This document shows, one piece after another, positions 9,064 through 18,060 of a stretch of 64,000 nt of DNA. Source of the DNA: an uncultured Planctomycetales bacterium (lineage in GTDB: Bacteria > Omnitrophota > Gorgyraeia > Zapsychrales > Aceulaceae); the NCBI GenBank assembly GCA_964648665.1, contig CAZYOA010000006.1, positions 24,943 through 88,942 on the forward strand, in the 5' to 3' direction. The notes under the pieces were generated by a model that did no database searches, was not told where the DNA came from, and saw only the letters and a program-made list of their open reading frames with translations. A program made the position numbers and the translations under genes. Each line of letters opens with the position of its first letter. The first letter of the stretch is position 1.

Positions 9064-9384
9064 ATGATGATGAAAGAAATAGCATTCAAAAATATAACGT
9101 CAACAGAGCGTAGGCGAAAAATCATCTCTTTACGGGAAACAGCCGAAAGGGATGGGTGCGCTGTTTCTTCTTCGAAAACCTTAGTTTACATGGTTAGCCC
9201 TCAGCCTACCAAGGTTCGAAATATTCAAAGTCCAGAGTATCACATTGGAAAGTCATATGATTCTGCTACCAAAGAGGAGCGATTCTCGCTTCGCGTTAAA
9301 GGCACTTCATATATTATTCAAGATTCAAAGCTTCTAAAAGTCGATTTTTGTCATTCATTAAAAATCGAAATCAAACCTCTTTAA
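9064..9384 (+). CDS. Hypothetical protein (106 aa), no recognisable motif
   Basis: ORF preceded by a good SD (GGAGGA 9050-9055, 8-nt spacing). Composition is slightly more G+C-rich than neighbours. The product is not recognisable to me; it could instead be part of a structured RNA. Confidence 0.4.
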   Translation: MMMKEIAFKNITSTERRRKIISLRETAERDGCAVSSSKTLVYMVSPQPTKVRNIQSPEYHIGKSYDSATKEERFSLRVKGTSYIIQDSKLLKVDFCHSLKIEIKPL

Positions 9385-9454
9385 TTAATAAAAAGATTAA
9401 TATTAATAATAATGCAGATGGAATTCGTTTGTCTGTGCGATTTCTATATATTAA

Positions 9455-9483
9455 TTGACGGACAAAACGATTTGTGATAATTT
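9455..9483 (+). promoter_or_regulatory. Sigma-70-type promoter candidate for yggS (TTGACG-17-TAATTT with TG extended -10)
   Basis: TTGACG 9455-9460, TG 9475-9476, TAATTT 9478-9483. The -10 abuts the annotated ATG, which implies a leaderless transcript. Confidence 0.4.
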
Positions 9484-10179
9484 ATGTCAATGATTCAAGA
9501 TAATATTTTGCGTCTAAAGGATAATATCTCTTTGATTTGTTGTCGTTTGGGAAGAAATCCTGATGAGATTACACTTGTTGCGGTTACAAAATATGTTGAT
9601 ATCGAGCGAATCAAAGAAGCTTTAAATCTTGGTATTTCTGATTTAGGAGAAAATAAGGTTCAAGAAGGATTAAAGAAGTATCAGGGTTCTGAATTTCAGC
9701 CGCCAAAAATTACTCGGCATATGATTGGGCATTTGCAAACCAATAAAGTTAAATCAACTTTAGAGGTTTTTGATTTTATTCAATCGGTAGATAGTTTTCG
9801 TTTGGCTCAAGAAATAGATAAACAGTCGTTAAAATTAGATAAAAAAACACGCATTCTTGTTCAGGTAAATACTTCTGGAGAAGAGCAAAAGTTTGGTGTT
9901 CCTAGGGGCAATGCGTATTCTTTAGTTGAAAAAATAATAGATTTAAAGAATGTTCAACTTCAGGGGCTTATGACGATTGCTCCTTGGACAGAAGATAAAA
10001 TAATTATTCGTGATTGTTTTAAGCGCTTGAGTGAACTAAGAGAGAAGATTTCAAACCAGCTGTGTCGTGATGAGCATGCAGAAATGAAGTTTTTATCTAT
10101 GGGAATGTCAGATGATTATGAAATTGCTCTCGAGCAAGGATCGAACATGATTCGAATTGGACGAGCAGTTTTTTCTTAA
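9484..10179 (+). CDS. yggS: YggS-family pyridoxal-phosphate homeostasis protein (PLPBP)
   Basis: LVAVTKY (PLP lysine), HMIGHLQTNK, LSMGMSDDYEIALEQGSNMIRIGRAVF. The true start may be ATG 9490. Confidence 0.85.
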   Translation: MSMIQDNILRLKDNISLICCRLGRNPDEITLVAVTKYVDIERIKEALNLGISDLGENKVQEGLKKYQGSEFQPPKITRHMIGHLQTNKVKSTLEVFDFIQSVDSFRLAQEIDKQSLKLDKKTRILVQVNTSGEEQKFGVPRGNAYSLVEKIIDLKNVQLQGLMTIAPWTEDKIIIRDCFKRLSELREKISNQLCRDEHAEMKFLSMGMSDDYEIALEQGSNMIRIGRAVFS

Positions 10180-10201
10180 AATATCCTTTGGGAGAAAAAT
10201 T

Positions 10202-10990
10202 ATGAAAAAAATAGGTATTATTGGTTGCGGAAACATGGGAGAGGCAATTATTGCAGGCGCAAGGCGAAAATTTTCTCTTGTTGTGAGCGAAACATGTCGA
10301 AAGCGCCAGGCCTATCTAAAAAAAGCTTATCGTATAACAACGAGGAACCTTAAAGATCTTTTAAATGTTTGTGATGTTGTTATTTTAGCTGTGAAGCCGC
10401 AAAGCATAGATGGTCTTTTGAGTCAGTTAAAAGATTTTGATCTTAAGGGCAAGCTTTTAGTTTCCATTGCAGCGGGGATTACAACTAAATATTTAGAAAA
10501 GCGTGTTGATAAGAAGACGCGCATCGTTCGTGCTATGCCAAATTTACCTGCAAAGGTGAAAAAAAGTGTAACAGCTTTATCCTCTGGAACGCTTTCAACG
10601 CGCAAAGATTTGAAATTTGTTCAGTCTATTTTCGATACTATTGGAACAACGGTTGTTGTTCAAGAAAATCTTATGGATTCGATTACTGCTGTTTCTGGAA
10701 GCGGTCCAGGATATATTTATCTTTTTGTTGAACAGATGATTTCCGCGGCAAAAACGTTAGGCCTTAGCGAAAAGGTGGCAACGAGTTTGGTTGTGCAGTC
10801 TTTTGATGGAAGCATTGAGCTTTTAAAAAGCAGTAAAGATGATGCAAAAACACTTCGAGATAAAGTGACTTCTAGGGGGGGAACGACGCAGGCTGGAATT
10901 TCTGTTTTTGAGCAAAAGAAAATTGGTTTGATATTTAAGCAAGCGTTAAAGGCAGCTCAAAAAAGATCAAAGATGTTGTCAAAAGGATAA
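10202..10990 (+). CDS. proC: Pyrroline-5-carboxylate reductase
   Basis: Rossmann IGIIGCGNMGEAI and C-terminal TSRGGTTQAG. Start moved to ATG 10202 (preceded by gggagaaaaatt); the ORF-track start at 10157 overlaps yggS. Confidence 0.9.
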   Translation: MKKIGIIGCGNMGEAIIAGARRKFSLVVSETCRKRQAYLKKAYRITTRNLKDLLNVCDVVILAVKPQSIDGLLSQLKDFDLKGKLLVSIAAGITTKYLEKRVDKKTRIVRAMPNLPAKVKKSVTALSSGTLSTRKDLKFVQSIFDTIGTTVVVQENLMDSITAVSGSGPGYIYLFVEQMISAAKTLGLSEKVATSLVVQSFDGSIELLKSSKDDAKTLRDKVTSRGGTTQAGISVFEQKKIGLIFKQALKAAQKRSKMLSKG

Positions 10991-10995
10991 TTACT

Positions 10996-11850
10996 ATGAA
11001 AAAGATTGGAATTATTGGCGGAAGTGGACTTTATGACATTGAAGGTATTGAAGGTGTTAAAGAGGTAGAAATTAAAACACCTTTTGGAGAACCTTCTGGA
11101 GCATATGTTACAGGTAGCCTAGAAGGAGTTGAGGTTGTTTTTTTGCCACGTCATGATAAAGGACATAAAATTTCTCCAAGTGAAATTAATTATCGTGCCA
11201 ATATATATGGCATGAAAAGGTTAGGGGTTAGCGCAATTTTTTCTGTTTCTGCTTGTGGAAGTTTTAAGGAAGAATTAAAGCCAATGGATTTTGTCGTTCC
11301 GGATCAATTTATCGACCGAACCGTTAAAAGGCAATCGAGCTTTTTTACAGATGGAATTGTTGCACATGTTGGATTTGCTAATCCTATTTGTTCGCAGCTT
11401 GCAGATATTTTAGAAAAAAGCGCTAAAGCTATTGGTTCTACTGTTCATCGGGGAGGAACATATCTGAATATGGAAGGTCCTCAATTTTCAACTCGAGCAG
11501 AATCTAATTTATATCGATCGTGGGGATTAGATATTATTGGCATGACCAATGCAACAGAAGCAAAGCTTGCGCGAGAAGCTGAAATTGCGTATGCAACGTT
11601 AGCGGCAGTGACAGATTATGATTGCTGGCACAGTTCTCATGAAAGTGTGACAACTGATATGATTGTTGAATGCTTAACGAGAAATATTGATAATGCAAAA
11701 AAGATTTTAAAAAAGGCTATTGTTGAGGCAGCAAAAATTGAAAGCTTTTCTGCAGAAAATGCACTTCAGTTTGCTTTGATTACAGATAAAGCAAAGATTT
11801 CTGAGAAAACTAAAAAAGATTTAGATATTATTATCGGAAAGTATATTTAA
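10996..11850 (+). CDS. mtnP: S-methyl-5'-thioadenosine phosphorylase
   Basis: PNP/MTAP family: IGIIGGSGLY, FLPRHDKGH, GMTNATEAKLAREAEI. Confidence 0.9.
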   Translation: MKKIGIIGGSGLYDIEGIEGVKEVEIKTPFGEPSGAYVTGSLEGVEVVFLPRHDKGHKISPSEINYRANIYGMKRLGVSAIFSVSACGSFKEELKPMDFVVPDQFIDRTVKRQSSFFTDGIVAHVGFANPICSQLADILEKSAKAIGSTVHRGGTYLNMEGPQFSTRAESNLYRSWGLDIIGMTNATEAKLAREAEIAYATLAAVTDYDCWHSSHESVTTDMIVECLTRNIDNAKKILKKAIVEAAKIESFSAENALQFALITDKAKISEKTKKDLDIIIGKYI

Positions 11851-11856
11851 CTAATT

Positions 11857-14655
11857 ATGAATTATAAAGACACATTAAATCTTCCAAAAACAGAATTTTC
11901 TATGCGCGCAGGTCTTGCAAAAAAGGAGCCTGAGTTTTTAAAGAAATGGGAAGAGCAAAATCTTTATCAGGCGATTCGAGAGAAATCTAAGGGCAAAAAA
12001 GAATTTATTCTTCACGACGGACCTCCTTATGCTAATGGTAACATTCACATGGGCCATGCTTTAAATAAAATCTTAAAAGATATTATTGTTAAATTCAAAA
12101 CGATGCAGGGTTTTGATAGCTTGTATGTTCCTGGCTGGGATTGTCATGGGCTTCCAATCGAACACCAACTTTTAAAAGAAATGAAAGCGCACAAGTCTGA
12201 AGTTGAGGTAGTTGATTTTCGAAGGAAAGCTCGTGACTATGCGATGAACTATGTTTCAATTCAAAGAGAGCAATTTAAAAGATTGGGTATTTTTGGAGAG
12301 TGGGATGATCCTTATCTGACTCTTGATCCGGAATACGAATATTGGATTTTAAAGTCGTTAGCACAGCTTAATGCAAAAGGATATATTTATCGAGGATTAA
12401 AACCAGTTAACTGGTGTTCAGTGTGCGAGACGGCTCTTGCTGAAGCTGAAGTTGAATATGATGATCATGTTTCACCATCGGTTTTTGTAAAGTTTAAGAT
12501 TGAAAATCCTGAAATCCGCAAAGAGATTAATTCAGAGAAAGTGCTTTCATTCTTAGTTTGGACGACAACGCCGTGGACACTTTTAGCGAATGTTGCGGTG
12601 GCAGTACATCCTAGTTATCGATATGTATTTGTTGACACTGGCGATGAGATTCTTATTCTTGAGAAAACTTTGTCTGTGTCTGTACTGGAGCGTGGCGGAG
12701 TTAAAGATTTTAAAATTGTTGATGAGTGCGATGGAAAAGATTTGGAAAAGTTTGTTTATGCACATCCGCTTGATTTACGAAATAGTTGTCCGGTTGTTAG
12801 TGTTGATTATGTAACAAAAGAAGATGGTACGGGAATTGTACATACAGCTCCTGGTCACGGACAGGACGATTTCGAGACAGGTTTAAAATTTAAACTGGAC
12901 GTTGTTGTTCCTGTTGATCATAGAGGCATTTTTACTGATGAAGGGGCTGAGTTTAAGGGAATGCATGTTTTTAAAGCGAACTTTAAAATTATTGAAAAAC
13001 TTGATGATAAGAAAATTCTTTTTTTAAGAGAAGATATCACTCATTCTTATCCGCATTGTTGGCGTTGTAAGAAGCCAATTATTTTTAGAGCAACTAAACA
13101 ATGGTTTGTTTCTATCGATCACAACCACTTGCGTTCAAAATTAATAAGCTCTATCAAGGAAGATGTTAAATGGATTCCGGATTCTGGCGAAGACCGTATC
13201 TTGAGCATGGTAAAGACTCGTCCAGATTGGTGTTTATCTCGGCAGCGTTATTGGGGCGTTCCGATTCCAGCGCTTGTTTGTCATGGATGTGGAGGTGAAC
13301 AAAAATTATTTTTTGATGTCATTGAGCATTTTGCTAATCTTGTTAAAAAAGATGGAACGGATATTTGGTTCAAGAAAGAGGCTAAAGATCTTTTGCCTGA
13401 CGGTTTTGTTTGTCCGGATTGCGGGAAATCTGATTTTGAAAAAGCAAATGATATCCTAGATGTTTGGTTTGATTCTGGCGTAAGCCATCAAGCTGTGATT
13501 AAGGGAAAAATGAAGAAATCGATTCCAACGGATTTGTATTTGGAAGGGTCTGATCAGCATAGAGGATGGTTTCAGTCTTCTTTGATTCCAGGAGTAGCGA
13601 TGGAAGGTCATCCGCCGTTTAAGGCCGTCTTAACTCATGGATTTGTTGTTGATGGTGATGGCCGCAAGATGTCAAAATCTCTCGGTAATGTTATGTCTCC
13701 TTTGGATGTTGTTAAGAATTTTGGAGCAGATTTCTTAAGGCTTTGGGTCGCATCAAGTAATTATAATGAAGATATCCGTATTTCTAAAGAGATTATGGAT
13801 AGGCTTATTGACGCGTATCGGAAAATTCGAAATACGACTCGTTTTATTTTAAGTAATTTGTTTGATTTTGATTCTGAAAAAGATATTGTAAGTTATGATC
13901 AAATGAGCGGGCTTGATCGTTGGGCTTTGGGTAAAACGGCAACAATGGCTAAAGAAGTAGAGGAAGCTTTTGACCAATATAATTTTTCAGATGCATATAA
14001 GAAGATTTATTCATTTTGTAACGAGCAAATGTCGGGCAAATATCTTGACATCTTAAAAGATAGATTGTATACTTCTGACTCAAATTCACCTGAAAGACGT
14101 TCAGCGCAAACTGCTCTTTTTTATATTTTAAATATTTTGGTTAAGATTATGACTCCGATTTTGAGTTTTACGGCACAAGAGATTTTTGAAGCAATGCCGA
14201 AAGAAGAAGAGATAAGAAATATTTCTAATGTTCATCTTTTAAGCTGGCCGAAGAATTTAGAGCAATGGCAGGATCAAGAAGTTGAAAAGAAATTCTCGGA
14301 TCTTGAAGAGCTTAGACCAAGTGTGCTATCTTCTTTAGAGGAAAAGCGGCAAGAAGGTCTTGTTGGAAGTTCTCTTGAGGCAAGAATTATTCTTAGTATT
14401 GTTAGGGAAGAGGATTTTCAGAAGTGGCAAGATATTGATAAAATGTTTGATCTTAAAAGCTTTTTTATTGTTTCTCAGATTGAAATTAAAAAAGGCGGAG
14501 AAAAAGGCATTAGCGTTGTTGTTGAAAAGGCAGATGGGAAAAAATGCGATCGATGTTGGAATTATAGTGTGAGGGTCGGAGAGAATAGTGATCATCCGCA
14601 ATTGTGTGAACGTTGTTTGCCTGTTGTTTTAAATATAAAAAAAGAAGTAAAATAA
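11857..14655 (+). CDS. ileS: Isoleucine--tRNA ligase
   Basis: Class I signature PYANGNIHMGHALNK (HIGH) and KMSKS; editing domain; C-terminal zinc finger CDRCWNY...CERC; 932 aa. Confidence 0.97.
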   Translation: MNYKDTLNLPKTEFSMRAGLAKKEPEFLKKWEEQNLYQAIREKSKGKKEFILHDGPPYANGNIHMGHALNKILKDIIVKFKTMQGFDSLYVPGWDCHGLPIEHQLLKEMKAHKSEVEVVDFRRKARDYAMNYVSIQREQFKRLGIFGEWDDPYLTLDPEYEYWILKSLAQLNAKGYIYRGLKPVNWCSVCETALAEAEVEYDDHVSPSVFVKFKIENPEIRKEINSEKVLSFLVWTTTPWTLLANVAVAVHPSYRYVFVDTGDEILILEKTLSVSVLERGGVKDFKIVDECDGKDLEKFVYAHPLDLRNSCPVVSVDYVTKEDGTGIVHTAPGHGQDDFETGLKFKLDVVVPVDHRGIFTDEGAEFKGMHVFKANFKIIEKLDDKKILFLREDITHSYPHCWRCKKPIIFRATKQWFVSIDHNHLRSKLISSIKEDVKWIPDSGEDRILSMVKTRPDWCLSRQRYWGVPIPALVCHGCGGEQKLFFDVIEHFANLVKKDGTDIWFKKEAKDLLPDGFVCPDCGKSDFEKANDILDVWFDSGVSHQAVIKGKMKKSIPTDLYLEGSDQHRGWFQSSLIPGVAMEGHPPFKAVLTHGFVVDGDGRKMSKSLGNVMSPLDVVKNFGADFLRLWVASSNYNEDIRISKEIMDRLIDAYRKIRNTTRFILSNLFDFDSEKDIVSYDQMSGLDRWALGKTATMAKEVEEAFDQYNFSDAYKKIYSFCNEQMSGKYLDILKDRLYTSDSNSPERRSAQTALFYILNILVKIMTPILSFTAQEIFEAMPKEEEIRNISNVHLLSWPKNLEQWQDQEVEKKFSDLEELRPSVLSSLEEKRQEGLVGSSLEARIILSIVREEDFQKWQDIDKMFDLKSFFIVSQIEIKKGGEKGISVVVEKADGKKCDRCWNYSVRVGENSDHPQLCERCLPVVLNIKKEVK

Positions 14656-14708
14656 ACTTTAAAGATTGTTTTGATCAAGACGATCAGTAAAGACAAAGGA
14701 GTTTTTAG

Positions 14709-15089
14709 ATGAAGAAAAAGGTTTTAGATAAAAAGAAAATTGCGCAATATCAAAAAAGTTTGTTTGAGCTTAAGGAAAAAATCGTTAATGATATTAAGCA
14801 GATTTCTAAGAATTCATCTTCTTCAGACAGAGGAGAATCAGGTGACATTTCTGGTCATGTTATGCATTTAGCTGATGTGGCAACAGATATGTATGATCGT
14901 GAATTTTCTCTTGGACTTGCTTCTAATGACCGAGAGCTTCTTTCTAAAATTGATAAATCTCTAAAGCGTATTGAAGATGGAGAATTTGGTGTTTGTGAAG
15001 AATGTGCATGTTCTATTCGAGAAATTCGTCTTAAAGCTATTCCGTATGTTAATAATTGTTTGAAATGTCAAGAAAAGCTAGAGTCTTAA
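14709..15089 (+). CDS. DksA/TraR-family C4-type zinc-finger protein
   Basis: C-terminal CEEC-x17-CLKC zinc finger after a coiled-coil-like N-half; located between ileS and lspA. Confidence 0.75.
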   Translation: MKKKVLDKKKIAQYQKSLFELKEKIVNDIKQISKNSSSSDRGESGDISGHVMHLADVATDMYDREFSLGLASNDRELLSKIDKSLKRIEDGEFGVCEECACSIREIRLKAIPYVNNCLKCQEKLES

Positions 15090-15109
15090 TAAACAGTTTA
15101 GTTTGATAC

Positions 15110-15580
15110 ATGACGAAATCTCAACTAACTATCTTTATTGCATCTTTAACGATTACAACAATTGTTCTTTTTGATAGAATTCTAAAGATATTCTTTTCTC
15201 ATCTATTGTCTTTAGATGAATCTGTTCAGGTTGTTCGAAATTTCTTTTATTTCACCCTTGTTCATAATACAGGTATTGCATTTGGGTTCTTTAAGAATCA
15301 AAGTATTATCTTTGTTGTGATTTCAACAATTGCAATTATTTTATTTAGTGTTTATTTGTATCTTCATAGAAAAGATGAATACTTCGGATTGCTTGAGGTT
15401 TTTGGTTTTTCTTTAATTATCGGAGGCGCTTTAGGAAATCTTATTGATCGTATTCTTTTCGGGCATGTGATTGATTTTATTGATTTTCGAGTTTGGCCTG
15501 TATTTAACTTAGCTGATAGTGCAATTACCGTCGGAACGGTTATTATCTTAATAAAATGTATCCCATCCTCTTCAAAATAG
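15110..15580 (+). CDS. lspA: Lipoprotein signal peptidase (signal peptidase II)
   Basis: Peptidase A8 motifs NTGIAFG and FNLADSAI; four hydrophobic segments; ileS-lspA linkage. Confidence 0.9.
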   Translation: MTKSQLTIFIASLTITTIVLFDRILKIFFSHLLSLDESVQVVRNFFYFTLVHNTGIAFGFFKNQSIIFVVISTIAIILFSVYLYLHRKDEYFGLLEVFGFSLIIGGALGNLIDRILFGHVIDFIDFRVWPVFNLADSAITVGTVIILIKCIPSSSK

Positions 15581-16284
15581 GACCTTTAGCAGTTTATTCT
15601 TACGGGGCGATGCTTGCGCTTGCGCTTGTGACTTGCTCATTTCTTCTTCAGCGACAAGCAAAAAAACAGGGTATAAATCCGGAATTAATCTTTGATTTTG
15701 TATTTTGGGTTGCTGTTTTTGGTATTTTAGGAAGTCGCATATTTTTTATTCTTTTAAACTTGTCTTATTTTAGTGATAACTTGCTGGAAATGATTATGAT
15801 TCATCATGGTGGCCTTGCTTGGCAGGGAGGCTTAATCTTGGGATCTTTGGTAGGGTTTCTTTTTATTAAAAAGAAAAGGATGCCTCTTTGGCAGACTGTT
15901 GATTTAATCGTGCCATACATTGCTTTAGGGCAAGCTATTGGGCGCATTGGATGTTTCTTAAATGGGTGTTGTCATGGTAAGCAAGCAGGCTGGGGAATCT
16001 TTTTTCCTGTTCATGATTCATTCTTGCAACCAACTCAGCTGTATTCATCAGCTAGCCTTTTTGTTATATTTTTTATTTTGAAATATTTTCAAAACAAGAA
16101 ATTAAAGCCTGGAATGATTTTTATACTTTACTTAATTTTTGCATCGACTCAAAGATTTTTTATTCAATTCTTACGCGCAGATTATGATCCAATTTTCTTG
16201 AATTTAGGAATTTTTCAAATTGTTAATATCTGCATTATCTTCTTGGCTGCTTATGGATACCTATACTCTAAATATCAACGATAA
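15556..16284 (+). CDS. lgt: Prolipoprotein diacylglyceryl transferase
   Basis: MYPILFKIGPLAVYSYG N-terminus and the GRIGCFLNGCCHG signature. Confidence 0.9.
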   Translation: MYPILFKIGPLAVYSYGAMLALALVTCSFLLQRQAKKQGINPELIFDFVFWVAVFGILGSRIFFILLNLSYFSDNLLEMIMIHHGGLAWQGGLILGSLVGFLFIKKKRMPLWQTVDLIVPYIALGQAIGRIGCFLNGCCHGKQAGWGIFFPVHDSFLQPTQLYSSASLFVIFFILKYFQNKKLKPGMIFILYLIFASTQRFFIQFLRADYDPIFLNLGIFQIVNICIIFLAAYGYLYSKYQR

Positions 16285-17146
16285 TCAAGCTGATCAGCGA
16301 TTAGATATCTTTTTGGCGTCTAATTTAGAAGATTGTCCTTCTCGAAACTTTGCAAAACATTTAATTGAAAATAATCTTGTTTCTGTAAATAAAAGAATTC
16401 TTAAGCCTCACTATAAAGTTCAAATTGGTGATGTTGTTGAGGTTTCTGTCGATATGCCAAGAAATCAGACGATTAGTCCTGAAAATATTGATTTAGATAT
16501 TTTTTATGAAGATGAAGATATTATTGTTGTTAACAAGCCTATTGGTATGGTTGTTCATCCTGGGGCTGGATGTCGTGGAGGTACGCTTGCCAATGCACTG
16601 TTATTCTATTGTCAACAGCTTTCTGATGTTAGTGATCCTTTGCGTCCAGGGATTGTGCACCGTCTTGATAAAGAAACTTCAGGATTGATTATTGCAGCAA
16701 AAAATAATAAATCTCATGTTCGCCTTTCAAGGCAATTTGAAAAGCGGAGAATAAAAAAATGTTATGTTGCTTTGGTGGAGAAACTGATTGAATTTGATGA
16801 AGGCCTTATTGATGTTCCGCTTGGTCGTGATCCGAAGCATAGAGAAAAAAGATGCGTTCTTGCTCCTGGCGCTAAAAGTGCGCAGACGATTTATAAAGTG
16901 ATGAGACGGTTTAATAAAACAACCCTTGTTTCACTTATGCTTAAAACAGGACGCACTCATCAGTTGCGTGTTCATATGGCTCATTTGGGCCATTCGATTT
17001 TAGGTGATGAAAAATATGGACGTAAAAATAATTTTCCAAGACTAGCCTTGCACGCACGTTCGATTGGCTTTAAACATCCAACCAATATGCATTGGCTTGA
17101 ATTTTCCTCGCCAATTCCAAAAGAATTTCTTGAAAGTGATCTTTAG
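16253..17146 (+). CDS. rluD: 23S rRNA pseudouridine synthase, RluD subfamily
   Basis: S4-like N-domain (QRLDIFLA), catalytic HRLDKETSGL, GRTHQLRVH. Start set at ATG 16253 (MDTYTLNI...). Confidence 0.9.
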   Translation: MDTYTLNINDNQADQRLDIFLASNLEDCPSRNFAKHLIENNLVSVNKRILKPHYKVQIGDVVEVSVDMPRNQTISPENIDLDIFYEDEDIIVVNKPIGMVVHPGAGCRGGTLANALLFYCQQLSDVSDPLRPGIVHRLDKETSGLIIAAKNNKSHVRLSRQFEKRRIKKCYVALVEKLIEFDEGLIDVPLGRDPKHREKRCVLAPGAKSAQTIYKVMRRFNKTTLVSLMLKTGRTHQLRVHMAHLGHSILGDEKYGRKNNFPRLALHARSIGFKHPTNMHWLEFSSPIPKEFLESDL

Positions 17147-17241
17147 GAAAGAGTTCATTTCTTTAGTGAATCTGCTTTACTTATCAATTCTTTAATCTAT
17201 AATAATATTAGTTAAGAATTTGAAAATTTAGGAGTAAAAAT

Positions 17242-18060
17242 ATGAATAAAATAGCAAAAACGTCTACAATTTTTCTTGTTGTCTTTTTGGTTTTGCTTTT
17301 ATCTTTAACTGCAATTACGATGTTTTTCTTTCATAAAGAGAGGGAGCTTCGAAAAATAGCTGAAACGACAGCGGAAAATTTGCAGCAAGAAAAAACTAGT
17401 CTTACGGGGCAGCTTGAAGAGTCCACAGGAAAGAATGTTTTGTTTGAAGAAAAATTAAAAGAAGCAGATGAAAAGATTAATAGCCTTCTTGATGATATTG
17501 ACTTAGAAAAAGCTTTGAAAGAAGAAATTAAAAAAGAAAATTTAACTTTTAAAACTGATATTGATTCTTTGTCTGAAGAAAAAAATAAATTTCAAAAAGA
17601 AACAATTGATTTGAGGGGAAAATCTTTAGGATTAGAAAAAGAGCTTTTGACCTCTAAGGAGCTGAGAGAAGAATTATCTGAGAAGCTGAAGAAAGCTCGT
17701 GAAGAAATTGGATCTTTGCAGGAATCGGCAGATGCAACAAAAGTTGAGCTTGATAAAATTGTTATCACTCCTGGTGATGCTTTATCATTATCTGAACTTG
17801 GTGACGAGAGCCCCGATATAGTTTTTAGCTTAGTTGAGGGAAAAGTTTTAAAAATTAATAAAGAAAATAATTTTATTATTATTGATTTGGGTGAAGAAGA
17901 GAATTTAAAAAATGATATGATCATTGATATCTTTCGCGAAGAATTATTACTTGGTCAAGCTAAAGTGACGCGTGTTCAGGCAACTATGTCGGTTGCAGAT
18001 GTCCTACTTCCCCTAGTGACAAGTAAAATAAAGGTTAGCGACAGGGTTGTTGCAAAATAA
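17242..18060 (+). CDS. Membrane-anchored coiled-coil protein, function unknown
   Basis: N-terminal TM IFLVVFLVLLLSLTAITMFFF, ~150 aa of E/K/L-rich heptad-like sequence, and a C-terminal ~70-aa beta-rich domain (VEGKVLKINKENNFIIIDLGEEENLKNDMIIDIF...AKVTRV). SD aggag lies upstream. Confidence 0.6.
   Translation: MNKIAKTSTIFLVVFLVLLLSLTAITMFFFHKERELRKIAETTAENLQQEKTSLTGQLEESTGKNVLFEEKLKEADEKINSLLDDIDLEKALKEEIKKENLTFKTDIDSLSEEKNKFQKETIDLRGKSLGLEKELLTSKELREELSEKLKKAREEIGSLQESADATKVELDKIVITPGDALSLSELGDESPDIVFSLVEGKVLKINKENNFIIIDLGEEENLKNDMIIDIFREELLLGQAKVTRVQATMSVADVLLPLVTSKIKVSDRVVAK

Noticed and set aside
8984-9067. 27-codon uORF overlapping ATG 9064 as a separate protein-coding gene
   Set aside because: No SD upstream, and it runs through the 13-bp hairpin. 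I mention it only as a possible leader-peptide or coupling element, not as a feature.
8861-9085. 74-aa minus-strand ORF in the plsY-yggS island
   Set aside because: No SD and a low-complexity, Ser-rich, implausible sequence. It lies antisense to the hairpin and SD region of the + strand, and it would be the only minus-strand gene in 64 kb.
8861-9300. Possible RNase P RNA, tmRNA, SRP RNA or known riboswitch in the G+C-elevated stretch. Local resemblances: GGGCAAAGTCGAG versus the P4 GAGGAAAGUCC; CAACAGAG versus the J11/12 region; CCCCACCA resembling a tmRNA 3' end; GGGCAAA as in c-di-GMP-I.
   Set aside because: Each resemblance is isolated. The two P4-like strands are only ~20 nt apart instead of flanking a ~300-nt core. 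No T-arm (GGTTCGAnTCC) precedes the CCACCA. The SRP GGAA/AGCAGC motif and the ACGCAAAGC of GEMM-I are absent. I could not assemble any known family by hand, so the region is kept as an unclassified candidate pending a covariance-model scan.
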